This document shows, piece by piece, positions 11,391-24,323 of a stretch of 51,574 nt of DNA (positions are counted from its first letter, which is position 1; every line of letters begins with the position of its first letter). The position numbers and the translations under genes are program-made. The notes beneath the pieces were generated by a model. That model was given only the letters and a program-made list of their open reading frames with translations. It did no database searches and was not told where the DNA came from. This DNA is from Paramecium tetraurelia (taxonomy: Eukaryota), in NCBI GenBank assembly GCA_000165425.1, contig CT868672.1, positions 62,001 to 113,574 on the forward strand, read 5' to 3'.

Positions 11391-13499
11391 ATGAATGTTG
11401 AAACCCAGAGCAGCTTATATAACAAATTTAAAGACCAATTAGATAAATTGAAGTATTATTAATCTACATACTAGAAATAAGGAAAAGCCACCTGTTGTCT
11501 TTGCACTACATGAATTAAATTGTGATGACACAAAGCAATTTTTCTAGGTAACTACTGAGTTAATCTCATCTGGCATCAATTTCGCAATTGCTAAAGTAAT
11601 TCTTAGAACAATAACTTAAGTAAATTGATAAGAGGATGTGGCACATTCTTAGGCAATAAATTGATATTGAATTAAAAAGCATATCTCCAGATGTAGAGGA
11701 AGAAATCAAGTAATTTTATGATCTTCGCATTAACTTTCTTAAAACTATTATCAAAAACCTGACTCAATAGAATTAATTAGGAGGATTGAAGAATGATAAC
11801 GAATTCAGATAATTTTTAGCAAATTTATATTGTTATGCAGGGGAATTACACGAACATCTAGGCAAGAGATTAGAGAAGATGAACAAACAACCAAAGGATA
11901 ATTATAAGTTGGCTGATCTTTTCTTTAATAAGGCTATTTCAATCTATCCCTTTTAAGGAAAATACTACTTCTTAGTAGCTACGTTAATGATGTAGTTTAA
12001 AGACACATTCAATGCGGCTTGTAGTTTGTAAAAGGCTCATTTTGCTCAGATACCCTATAATTGCAAAGAAAATATGAATGAAGTGTTTGAAATAAATAGA
12101 ACTCATTATAATGATTGGGCAAAACATATAAAACCAGCTAGTGAATTGGATCGAGATACTTATTTAAGAGCCTTTATGGTGTATTTAATAAGGTTCAGTA
12201 CGATCGTTGTATGAATTTAAAATTAATTTAGTTCACTAAAATTGGTTTTGAAGAATTGCCTAAATTGACTAATATGTATTAGCATTTGTAGGAGTATTTT
12301 AAGATAGTAAAAACGAATGTGCATAATGATCACAAGCAATAATATCAATTGCTATTAAAGGTCATAATGATAACCAATTTTGGTTTGCACAACAGCATAA
12401 CTACATTCCAATTGAAAACTGTTCAGGATATCAAGGATAATGATTTAGTGAGAGAATCAATCAAGTATGTTTATGGATTATATGTGAATTCACTTGATTT
12501 TATTTTAAAATATTTGCTTTAGAATTCGATGAAGAACTTAGATTAGGTGCCTCCAGTGACATTTTTATAGTTGGTAATTCCAATCATCTACTATTTATAT
12601 GATTAACCATTGGTTTGTACATATTTGTTGTCTGAATATCCTAGTTTAAATGATAAATTGGCATAAATCTTTTTATATTCAAGATAGAATTTGTATTAGG
12701 CTGAGAATATGAGTGGCGATTTATTTTAATATCAATAAAAGTTGAATGAGGAATTTCACGCCTTTTTATTTCCTTTTGAAATGCCTCTAGTAGGATTCAC
12801 TTGTTATAATCATGTACTACAGACATTCAAACAACAATCTTCAACCTATAAAGATGAAGACAGTTAGACATCAATAATATTGTTTTATGTTTGCGAACAA
12901 ATAATATAATAATTGCATGGCATTCAAATATAGAATGTGAAGGAACAAAAGTGGGAAGAAGAAATTCCAAAAGAATTGATTAGGAAACTAATAATAATTG
13001 ATGGAATGAATGTGGCAATGAGATATGGGTAGGAATAATCTTAGGTGGCAAAGTTTTGTTCTTAGGGATTGAAATGTGCCTTAGAATTTTGGGTTAAGAG
13101 AGGACATGATGTTATGATCATATTGCCTGACTTTTGTTTTAACGAGAGCGAGATAAGCAAAAAGAAACTAACAAATGTAATTATTAGGTAGATATTCTTT
13201 AGTAAAACAATGCCAACAAATTGCCTGATGATGTCAAGATGTTATTGGAGATGAAGAATAAAGGGTATGCTTATGGAGTTCCAAATTGGAATTATGATGA
13301 CTCTTATATGATTCAATATGCAAGAGAAAAGGGAGGATTGATTTTGACCAACGATCGATATAATGATCACATTAGAGCTCTGGAAAACAATATTGTAGAA
13401 AGAGAAAGATTGAAGGAATGGATCAGAAACAATTGTATCAGTTATACCTTTCTATAAAATGAATTGGTTCCTAACCCTGATCAATTAAAAAGAATTTGA
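11391..13499 (+). CDS. SMG6L: EST1/SMG5-7-type TPR domain plus NYN (Zc3h12a-type) RNase; Smg6L-like NMD endonuclease
   Basis: N-terminal YCYAGELHEH..LADLFFNKAISIYPFQGKYYFLVA..PY (EST1 pattern); C-terminal IIIDGMNVA, YDDSYMIQYA, ILTNDRYND and YTF..ELVPNPD. Confidence 0.85.
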
Positions 13500-13578
13500 T
13501 TATTGTATAACATAACATAAATTTATGAAAAAAAAACCAATTAACAAAATTATTTATTTATGATGTACTTATAATTTA

Positions 13579-14547
13579 TCAAATGTTATTGTTCAAATTT
13601 GATCTGGGAGGTTATTATTAAACTTATTATGGTGCTGGGTGATATTAAGGATATTAAGGATATGTTGGGTATGATGGGATCACTCTTGATGAAACGATTG
13701 GTGCAGCATATTAGACTGGGTATGTTTATACTGGTTGAACAATGCTGACTGGTTATTGTACAAATTGTTGAACAACTGGTTATGGTGCAACTGTTTAGAC
13801 AACTGGTTATTAGACCACTTATTAGACGACTGGTTATTAGACCACTTATTAGACGACTGGTTGTTGGACGACTTATTACTAAAAAGTTAATTGAAGTGGA
13901 AAGTACATGAACAACTTATCTCTCAACTGGATAGTATTCAACTCTCTCTTGATATCTGTCGACTGGGACGTACTCTAAAAATTTAGTTGGGAGTTAGAGA
14001 TACCTGTGTATTTCTCTTGGAATACTTATGGGACGTATTCGGTTTAATATTCAACTGCATAATAATCTGTGACTTTTCTTTCTCTTGGGACATATTGAAC
14101 GACTTCTTGTTCTTCATATTCCATCACAGCCTTTTAGTAGGGGACGTATTCGATTCTTGATTCTCCCTTGATTGTTGCCTAATTTAAATTTGAATTTTTT
14201 TTTTACATGGACTGGTTGTTGAACGACTGGTTGAGCAATGACTGATTATTGCAAAACTGGGGCTTACACAACTGGTTAAGCGACAACTGGAGCAACTGGT
14301 CTGGCGACACTGTATGTTAATGGAGCAACTGGAGCATAAGCAGGAGCGTAAGTTGCAGGAGCATATTATGCGGGATATGTGGCTAATGGTGCAGGTGAAT
14401 ATTGAGGAGCATATTGAGGGGCATACTGAGGGGCATATTGAGGTGCTTATGGATGATATTATGGTGCTTGGGGTTGTTGAGGGGCTTGATCTAAAAACGT
14501 AGAGATTTAGTAATTTTACTTTATGGGACGGGTGGTCTTTGTGACAT
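13579..14547 (-). CDS. EPI: Epiplasmin (cortical cytoskeleton protein)
   Basis: P/Q/V/Y-rich termini flank the core GESRIEYVPYQKAVMEYEEQEVVQYVPRERKVTDYYAVEYQTEYVPQ..VPVDRYQERVEYYPVERQVVH. Confidence 0.88.
13798..13880. repeat. 27-nt coding tandem repeat (QPVVQQVVQ) within epiplasmin
   Basis: About 3 copies of gactggttattagaccacttattagac-type unit. Confidence 0.7.
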
Positions 14548-14638
14548 TTTTGATAAAAAGATTTTTTTCTTATTTTTATTTATATATCCATGCCATAAAT
14601 TTTATTGCTTAAATATCCTAAACAAATAATTATAATTA

Positions 14639-15611
14639 ATGTAGTTAAGAAGTATCTCAAATAAAAAAAAACCAAGTCAGCTGACTCAAACTACGCAACT
14701 CTTGGAGAAGGAAGCCAAGCACATGGTAATCATCAATCTAGCAATATCACTAGGAAGAGCAATTATAGCAACTTAAATAAATTATGCAATAAGAAAAATT
14801 TAAAAGAGAATCCGAAAAACCAACGGGACAGAATGGCACCAGATGGAAAGCCGCTAAAATAGACAAAGGATTAAGAAATTACACTCAAAATCTGCTACAA
14901 AAAAAAAATAGTTTTGAAAAGAAATCAATTCCCGCAGTTGTCAGACCAACATCAGCTAAATTACAACCTCTAGAAAAATCTATTAAAACACCAGCAATAG
15001 ACAAGGATATTGAAATATTTTTTACTTAAGTAGGATTGTTGCAATATAAAGAAAAATTTTAAAATTACACAATTCAAAGTTTAAGTATTTCTTAATTCTT
15101 ATTTAGAGAGAATGTCACTGTGTAATAGTTAAGAGAAATGGGCATACTACCAGGCCATTAAATAAAAATTATGAGAGCTTTAAAAGAAATACCTGAAAAT
15201 ATATAATTAATGCAAGAGGACAGCTTCTGTTAAAGTAGAGTAAGTGTCTCAGTAAGTGGAGTATAATGTAATTAAGCAAAATAAGCATGTTGGTTGTGTT
15301 ATAAGATTTTTGATGATACCGAGATTAATTGCAATGGAAGGAACTTTTGTAGTTAACAATGTCTGATATAATTTAATTAAGAATATATGATCAAATGTTC
15401 AAAATGCAACAAGAAATTTTACAAGAATGATGGCTGCGTCGTATATGATAATTACTATTGTTCTCAATCTTGTAGTATAGATGCAAATGACTCAGTGAAA
15501 GGATGCAGTACAAATACTATAGAAAGCGTAATAGAAGAGGATTAATTTCAATAAACCAATTATGCAGAACAATTTAATGAATTCTTAACTTCTAGTTTAT
15601 TAAATAATTGA
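14639..15611 (+). CDS. Coiled-coil + SAM + two CxxC..CSxxC zinc-finger protein
   Basis: MEEQLQQLK..EKFKRE..RWKAA; SAM-like FFTQVGLLQYKEKF..LREMGILPGHQIKI; CWLC..FCSQQC and CSKC..YCSQSC. Confidence 0.8.
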
Positions 15612-16391
15612 TCAATCATCCTCTGATTGTTCTGAACAGTCTTCTTTTAATTTCAATTCATTTAGTTAATATATCAATTTATCTTGATCTAAGTTTGATT
15701 TGCTTTTCATCTATTACACATCGGCTACATTAGTTTCCTCCACTTATTCGACATGTTTTTTATCTTTTTCCTCCTCAGGCTATTATTACTACAATCGTTT
15801 GAGATCCTATAACTGCTATTTTTTTTCAGTAACTTTCTTCTTTTTTTTAGCCTCCACTGGAACTTGAGCCCTAGGTACAAAGCAATTGTATATGCGTCGA
15901 GAATGCGCAGTGAGATTCTTTAAATACAATTTATTTTTCTTGTATTCTTATTTTATCTTGTCAAAGTTGATAACACTACTTGTTTATTTGATTCTCTTTT
16001 CAATTCCCTAAAATTAATTTATTGAGTACTTCGTTATCTTCAATCAATTTTCTCATTTCTAATATTTTCTAACCTAAATTCGATGGTTTAATGGGTAGGT
16101 CCTCATTTGACGCATAAGATGAAGGTTGATTGTTGATTGTTAAGATTTTTTGCACCAACATTTTATTTTCTGTGTTTTCGGGATGTTTGATTTCAAGTAA
16201 TTTCTTAGATGTTGTAGGTTTGAGTTTTTTCTTATGGAAGGGTTTCTCGACATTCATTGGTTATTCTTTGATATTTTGGACTTGATGAACGTGCTTGTTG
16301 TATTACTAGAATGAGATGGGATTCATACATATAGCAAGTTGTACTCTGATATTGGAGTGATTATTTCATTTTTATTCCAAATATTAGTCAT
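15612..16391 (-). CDS. Coiled-coil protein, possibly CFAP97/Hemingway-like
   Basis: Spliced code-6 ORF MTNIWNKNE..QYNKHVHQVQNIK..TENKMLVQKILTI..KRIKQTSSVINFDK..SEDD*; family call is tentative. Confidence 0.6.
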
Positions 16392-16400
16392 TAAAATTAA

Positions 16401-16771
16401 ATGGACAAGTTCGACACAATTTAGGGAAAACTGTTCTATACAGTATATTGTATGCACAAATCAAACGAGATAACTCACTACCAGAGGGGCAGAATTAAGG
16501 GTAGATAGTAAAGCTTAATGAATTAGACATGATTGTTTAATGGGATCCTCAAATTCAAGAACTCATCAAAGATCAGAACCGACTGAAACAGAACCTTCTC
16601 GAAATAGCCTGCTCTTACTCAGAAAATGGAGACTCTAAACAAACAAAAATAACTCCTAGGAGTTTCAGTAGATTAAATATAAGAATTGGTCAAAGCAACT
16701 TCAAATTAGCAAGTAAATCTTATAGTTCATTATCATCGCCGTTGGATTAAAGAAAACAGTTATTAATATGA
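16401..16771 (+). CDS. Hypothetical protein (about 114 aa)
   Basis: MDKFDTIQGKLFYTVYCMHKSNEITHYQRGRIK, a 26-nt intron, then DMIVQWDPQ...LLI*. Confidence 0.72.
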
Positions 16772-16777
16772 TAATAA

Positions 16778-18616
16778 TCAGATTATTTTTCTTTCTAAAT
16801 ATTTGTCAAAATTTTAGAGTATGTGTAGATTGTCATGAATGACTTTTTTAACAAATCCAATCATAATATCATACCGTATTAATACTTGTTTTCTTTATGG
16901 ATTTGGAAGATAGGATCTCCTTACTTAAGTAGTTTTGCGGAGAGTAATTTTAAATGGTTTGTATCCATCTGAGACTTCAGATTCTTCATAAAACATGGAT
17001 CTTTTTTTCCTTAATTAAAATTCCAATTTTGATGGTTCTTCAAGAGTAGGAGTATCATTGTGCATAATCCTATCTTTGGTGATGCGAGTGAACACTTATT
17101 GTTAATCGGTTTCAATGAACCCGACATCAGGTTCTAAGTATCTTTCACTACCAATTCCTCCAAAGACTGCAATTTTAGAACTAAGTAAGACAGTTGAATG
17201 AGCACACCGAGGAATCTTGAGTCCCTCAGCAATCACCTATTACCAGAGATTCAAAGTAGGATAAAAGATGAAATATTCATCCGATTCCAAAGTGCCATTC
17301 ACAATGAAATCTCTAAGTCCTCCGATGACAGCTATGCCTTAAACCTTTCTCAGATACTCTATCGTGTGATTATGCATAGGGTAAGGTCCTTTGCCAACAG
17401 TCTCCACAACATCCCATGAAAGAGGTGTGTTGTTGGAGGAACAATAAGATAGTTTCCGCATAACATCGACTGAATTCCCATCAGCATCTTTGCCTCCAAA
17501 GGAATAGATGTTGTCTAATGGCATGATGTCAGTAGGTATAGATTCTTGGAATTTGCCTTGAGATGAGATATTGACAATGGCATGACAACTTACTGGAGGA
17601 GATTTGACCTTAAATAATTTCCACACCTACTTCTCTATATTGAAAATAGCCGTGTCTGATAAAACCTCTTCATTGGAATTAATCCCTCCATAAACAAGCA
17701 TCCACTTAGGACCTACTAAACATGCTTTGTGTAGTCTTCTAGGTTCAATATAATCTCCTTGAGGATGAACCTTTTCCCAATTCGTCGTGCTTACAGTGTA
17801 TTCATAGATAGAATTGGTGCATTCTCTGATTTTTAATTTAGGATTAAATTGACCGCATCCACCAAAATAGATAAATTTATTCTTGTATTGCACCACTGAT
17901 AAGCCTGCTCTTCCTTGTTTTGGATGGTCTCCAATCCCTTACACCACTTGCCAGACCTGAAACTCTTGAGATAATCAAACACATTAATACTTATATCATA
18001 TTTGAGCATCTGATTTCTGATTCCATCTCCTCCGATTCCTCCGTATAAATACAATTGATCATTGAATAGACTAAATGCAGCTTGTTCTGTGAATGATGGT
18101 TTGAATGTCCTGATATCCCTAGTCAGGCGTTGAGATTCAAAATAGAAAGTAAGCTGGTTTGGACTGTCTATGATTTCTTCTATGGGAGCATCCAACTTTG
18201 GAAGCTAGAACACTAATTAAATTGCAATAATAAGTACCTTTGTGTTGTGGTTTCAATTCCATGGCCTTTTTTGGGGATTGGTCTCTCCGCTTCAGTTTTT
18301 AATAATTTCTAAATTTCGACTTTTGAGTTAGAGATAAAGCCTCAGTCATAGCATTTTCTTATCTTTCTCTGCTTTGATTGATAATGGTTTCTCTCTGTTT
18401 CTTATTGTGTTACAATTGGGCTTGGAGTCGTTCCTTTGGAGAGGGTATTCGTAAAACTTAATTGGTGAATGCAGCCCTACATCACTCGAATAAATACATC
18501 TAGGGCATCTCAGTAAATGTCTTAAAGAAAGTGCTTTGAGAGAGAGAGGCATTCTTCTCAAAGTGTATTAATTCTATTTGAGGCTGGACAGTCAGAAGTG
18601 ATGATGATCGTCTCAT
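16778..18616 (-). CDS. Kelch-repeat protein
   Basis: Repeated GG kelch motifs LYLYGGIG, IYFGGCG, LVYGGIN, IYSFGGKD, VIGG and AVFGGIG; tiny introns join the ORF-track fragments. Confidence 0.88.
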
Positions 18617-18684
18617 TGGTTATTATTATTGGGGCAATTATTTCAATTTTTTCATTAAATGCAATAATTTTTATTTGTTAATTA

Positions 18685-19810
18685 ATGTTCAGCTATTCGC
18701 CAATCAAACAGAACTCGTACCTAAGTTCCTCGAACCAATTTGAGTAACCTCTAGATGACATGAGTTGCATAATCGAAAATGGCAGCATGGGGTCCCTCTA
18801 TTTGGGTAACATCGAGTCAGCTTGTATTTAATTCTAATTCACTCTTCTAGCCAGTCTGGATAACTTGAAGAGACATAAAATCAAGGGAGTTCTATCCATC
18901 TGCATGAATAAAATTCCCTTTGAAGTGTAGACATCATTATAACATTACTTACACATTTATTTAGAAGATTGTGAGTCTGAAAACATAGCCAGACATTTTG
19001 AGAACTCCAATCAATTCATTGATAAAGCCAGACAATCTGGGAATGTCCTCGTTCATTGCATGGCTGGAATCTCTAGATCAGCTACTCTTGTTGCAGCTTA
19101 TCTGATGAAGAAGAACAATATGAGTGCTTAAGATGCCATAAGACTACTTGAAAGAAAGAGATGGCAAGTCTATCCCAACAATGGGTTCCTGAGACAATTA
19201 TCATAATATGAAAAGGTATTGTCATAATAAAATGGACGATCTGACATCTCCTCTCCTCTCAGAGATTCATGGAACAAGTAAATAATCATTTTATAATACT
19301 TAGATAATTTCAAACTCCAACCAAGGAGAGCTTATTTTATAATAAATATGATGAATAACAATAATCTAGCCAAAAAACAAGACCATTGGATGACATTTGC
19401 TTTGATAAATATAAGAGGAAGTCTGCTGGCTAAGAGGATCTATTTAGAAGTCCAGAAAGCAATGAAAAGAAACCATTTTCAATGACTTAACATAGGCCAA
19501 GTTCAGCAATCAGAACTTCGCCAGATCTCTTTAAAAAAAAGAATTTGTTGGCTGATACGAGTAATAGATTTTTCTATATTGCATAGTAGGTGGGAATAAG
19601 AAAGATGGTCTGGCTGCATTGGCTTTGGAATTGAATTAGATTGATTGGCAAAGTAAAAAACTAGATTTAGAAAGCAAATATCCAAAACCAGCGAGTTAAT
19701 AAAATAATGTCAAATCATTCTTGACTCCCACTCGTCCTTTATAATTAAATCAACATCAAAGTAAATTGGATGAATTGCTTAATTCTTTCAACAGAAAATC
19801 CATACTATGA
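18685..19810 (+). CDS. Dual-specificity protein phosphatase
   Basis: SLYLGN, LEDCESENI, catalytic VHCMAGISRS, AYLM and PNNGFLRQL. Confidence 0.92.
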
Positions 19811-19862
19811 TTATAGAAATATATAAATATATCAGAATAATCTTAATCCATTATTATTTATA

Positions 19863-21551
19863 ATGAACTCCCTGTCCAAACGTATTAGAAAGATCAAGAA
19901 AACCCCAAAGATGACCACGTTTGAGGACTCCGATGATCCATAATAATTCACAGCTTGCATTGCAAACCTTAATTAAATTGTGGCTGAAGATCAATGTTTC
20001 TCTAGTTTAACTATTTTCTAGTCAAATAAATTGTAACCAAGGAGTTATTGGTTAGATTGTTGGAATATTTACGACACAACAATGTCTAAGTTGTCATCAA
20101 CGCTCTCAATGCAATCCAAAATGTATTGCGTATTAGCGATAATTTTGGTTCTGAAATTAGAGATCAATTCAAAGACCTGGGCTTATTGGGCATTTTATTA
20201 CTATTCCCAGTTCAGGAAAATACTCTATCAAGTTTCTTGAACTTAGCAATCGAGATCTTTGAAACTTGGGATATATCATTACTACCACCACTTTATTAAA
20301 GAATATTACCCATTTTAGAGAATTGTGTATAACAGGTTTATAATGAAGATATCATATCAGAAGCATTAAATTTATTATAGGTGTTAACTGAGATACCTTA
20401 ATTTAATTTAAAGAATATAGATCTTGATCAAATTTTCTCGCATAATATTATTAAATAATTACATTTTGCCAATCAAATGAAATTAAAAGCATTGACACTC
20501 TAAACATACCTAAACATTGACAGATTAGACAATGAAATGTTTTAGCTAATTAATGAAATCATCAGAATAAATATCTTCTAAGAGTTGGATAACATTGAAT
20601 CATTTCTCTAGAAGTAAGTAACAATGGAGGAAGAGTCTGAATTTAAATAGGATGAAAGATTACTAAGTACACTTTAAATTTGGAAATGCTCAGCTCAATC
20701 GATAATCTAAGTCTTGGTGTATTTAAATCGAATTTACGAAGAAGATAATGATGATCCATATGCCAACAATTAGAAATTCTAATAGTTCTTCAGAAAAGAC
20801 ATCATTTTTGATTTAGAAGATCTAATTTTAAAGAATTTCTTCAACTATTCTGGGGTCATTCAAAAAAAGCTATTTACGGATCAAACTACTTTTACTGATG
20901 AATTGTTGAGTCTAACTCTATTGATTTTTAAGTAATGTACAAATAATATGTTTAAGTTTAGGAAATAATTTATTAGCGAATCTCTAACCTTTAGTTTGCT
21001 TATAAACTGTAGAACCAATTCTGCCATAAATTTAAGCAGCCCTCCAAGTAGATATCATATCAGATGAAGATAAAAAAGAACTTGCTTAATCTGAATTTCT
21101 ACTCTTGATTAAACTGTTAAAAGTGAACCCACAACTAGTGTTATAAATTCAACCATTATTCATTGTTTAATTGTCTGAGTTAACTGAAACTACAGAAATA
21201 CTATTTCATATCGTAGAAGTCATGAAAATTAGGTATTCGAGTAAAGTAAAAAATGATTTGGAGACAATTCGCATAGTCACTCAAAAATTACTTAAATTGA
21301 TGAACCAATCTAATATTATGTTGGCTGCTTAGGCTTTGGATTGTCTTTTCGATGTGTACACTGAGGAAGATTTCAATGCTCTTCTAGTGGAAATGTAGAT
21401 TCTTGACCTGTTATCGTAGGGATACTAATATTTATAATCAAAATTACCATAGGAAAAGAAAACATTAGCAAAAGATGATTGGAAATTCTTAAAGCTAACA
21501 GTTACAAACTTAAAGTAGTTTATTGAATACAAATTAAACATCATAAAGTGA
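19863..21551 (+). CDS. HEAT/ARM-repeat protein, HEATR3/Syo1-like
   Basis: Basic N-terminus, ACIANL, and C-terminal ALDCLFDVYTEED...NLKQFIEYK matching the HEATR3/Syo1 C-terminus. Confidence 0.72.
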
Positions 21552-21596
21552 TTTCATGTGTATATTATTAATTAATATAATAAAAACTAATTAAAT

Positions 21597-21845
21597 TCAA
21601 ATTTCATTCATTATTTCTTTTGGCATCAATGAATTTATGCAACAATTCTTGAATGCTTTAATAATTTATTCCCTTTCCTTTTCCAATTTAGGTAATGATT
21701 CTGGGAGATCCAAATTGACATTATCTTTTTTATCAGACTCATTGATGTTGACATCATTCAGAACATTCTTCCTCCACTTTTAACTCACCTGAAGATTAAG
21801 CATATTGAATGAGATAACGTCATCTCTTCTTTGTGATGAATTCAT
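21597..21845 (-). CDS. Hypothetical small protein (82 aa)
   Basis: 249-nt ORF MNSSQRRDD...KEIMNEI*. Confidence 0.6.
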
Positions 21846-21973
21846 AATTTATATATAAAAATATGATAGAATATAAAATTAAAGAACAGTGGATATTTAG
21901 AATAGATCTTAATAAAAACATTATAATTGTTATGAACTGATTAACTAATAAGTATTTTAGCCTATAAATTAAT

Positions 21974-22423
21974 TCATTATAAAATAAGCTCTAAAATTGT
22001 ATTTGGCTCAAATTTAAATACAAGATCTTTACTAAATTGAGGCAAGGGGTACTCATCTTCAAAATCGAATTGAACATTGTAGTTCTGCAATTTTCTCTTC
22101 AGTTTAAGAATCTTCTTGGAGACAATGAGCTATTGTTTGGGGAATCTCTCGATGGGTGCTTCGTAACCTTTGGTTTTGGCTCCTGGAATGGCAGCAGCAA
22201 TGAGATCATCGAAGGTGTTCTTGTGTTTGTCAAGTTTGAGTACGATCCAAATCATCTATTGAAAGAGGACATCCTTCTGATATTGATTGACCAATTTATC
22301 GTATTTGTCTTGATATCGATAGGGTTCATAATCCTGTAGGAGGATGGCAACCCACTCGCTGTAACTGTAGAGATCCTTCTCTTCGGAAACACTTAGGTAT
22401 AATTCCTCAGCATTTGAGTTCAT
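21974..22423 (-). CDS. Hypothetical protein (149 aa)
   Basis: 450-nt intronless code-6 ORF MNSNAEELYL..., with coding-like GC content. Confidence 0.72.
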
Positions 22424-22477
22424 ATATATGATTATTTAATTTGTAGACATAGGAATATTAATTTATGGTGGATATAA

Positions 22478-22801
22478 TCATTTGAGTAACAACTCTTTGG
22501 CTTCGTTGATTTTAGTGGCCACATATGTGGATCCTCCTTGATCTGGATGATTGAGCATCAACAATGTGCGATGGCGAGTTTTGATTTAATCTTGCGGTGT
22601 GCCTTCTCTGACTCCGAGAATCAATTGGGCTTCTCTCCTGGTGAGTTGTGTTGAGAAGGTTCCCTTGTAGAATGCTCTTGAGGTTTCCACAGTTTTGAAA
22701 AACTCCTTGCTTTTGATTTGTCTGTAGGTACGAATCAATAGTTTGGTGCTTCCTCCCACTACGATTAGGCCACAACCTATGGCGAATAGAGCAGATGACA
22801 T
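22478..22801 (-). CDS. PAM18: Mitochondrial import motor J-protein PAM18/TIM14
   Basis: [47 protein letters not shown]; 107 aa. Confidence 0.93.
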
Positions 22802-22844
22802 AAATTTAATTTTATTTATGATTTTGCAATACAATTTATAATTA

Positions 22845-24315
22845 ATGAATGTTTCTCTAAAAGACATAATTCCAAGTAAAAACTCTTCACAATTCAACCT
22901 CAACAAAATTCGGTTTAAAATCTCTAAGAAAGTGGAATCCTATTGTTAATGCAATCAAAGGAACTGTCTGATTTGTGCTCGTAAGCGTTCTTCGTCAATG
23001 CTAAGCATGAAAAATTCGATTGTTGTCGATGAGAACTCTCCTGTGTCCAAACGCACTGTCGAACAACCAAAACCAATCTAACCGTTTAATCGATCCATTT
23101 CCAGACAACAATCCAATCACATGGGGAGAGTCTCAGTCAATATCTCAACTACAACAACTACAACAAACAATTATGGTAGAACCAGGAAAACTTCAGTGGA
23201 GTCCTCGCCTCCCAAAGACAACAGTATCAAATTTAACCTACCACTTTATCTAGTTATTGGCAGACACTCCTTTAAATACCTATACGTGATTGGTAAGGGA
23301 GGCTTTGGAAAAGTTTGGAGAGTGGAAATGAAGGCCAATAAATAGGAGTACGCATTAAAAGAAATGATTAAAGCAAAGTAAACCAAGAATACATTAACTA
23401 AAGGATCATATCTAAACGATCAGTTAATTCAGTTATGAATGAGAAATACCTTCTCGAGCATCTCAAACATCCTTTCCTTGTAAACATGCATTACGCATAC
23501 CAAGATAGAGAAAATCTTTACTTGGTTCTTGACCTTCTCAGAGGAGGTGATCTTCGTTATCACATTGGTAGATAAAAGAGATTCACTGAAGAATAAACAA
23601 GTAAATATTAAATTATAAATCAGAGTTTTTTGTGTGTTGTATCTTGTTATCTTTGTAATACTTGCATTAGAATGGTATCATCCACAGAGACATCAAACCC
23701 GAGAATTTAGTGTTCGATAAAGATGGCTACTTGAGATTGACTGATCTCGGAGTGGCCAGATTAAATAAGGACTCTTCAGCCAGCGACACATCAGGAACAC
23801 CTGGCTATATGGCTCCAGAGGTTATGTGCAGAATGGATCATTCATTCCCTGTAGATTATTATGCAGTGGGAGTCATAGCATTCGAATTACTCCTTGGAAA
23901 AAGACCGTATAATGGAAGAAATAGATAAGAAATTAGAGAATAAATATTGGCCAAACAAGTTTAGATGAGAGATGACAAATTCTCAAGCAAAGTTCAAGAT
24001 TTTATCAATCGCGTAAGCATTCCCATAATTGTAGTTATTGATACGTAAACCATAATAGAGATTAGGTGCTTAGGGAATACACGAATTGTTTGAGCATCCT
24101 TGGCTTAGCAATTACAATTGGGGTAGATTGTTAAACAAAGAGATCAAAGCACTTTATATACCAGGAGTATACTTATAATAATGAATTAGAGCATAGATGG
24201 CAATTTTGATTACCAAAGCCAGATATCTGCAGATTCAGAACCTCAAGAAGAGGCTTCAACCTTATTAAGAAGAAAGAGTGTTTAATGCTTATTTGAAGGA
24301 TATAAATATTTTTGA
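22845..24315 (+). CDS. AGC-family Ser/Thr kinase
   Basis: IGKGGFGKVW, YALKEM, HRDIKPEN, DLG, GTPGYMAPE and DYYAVG; four tiny introns. Confidence 0.93.
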
Positions 24316-24323
24316 TTATAGTA

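Noticed and set aside
13700..14480. Repeats as a CRISPR array or satellite
   Set aside because: They are coding P/Q/V repeats of epiplasmin with no unique spacers.
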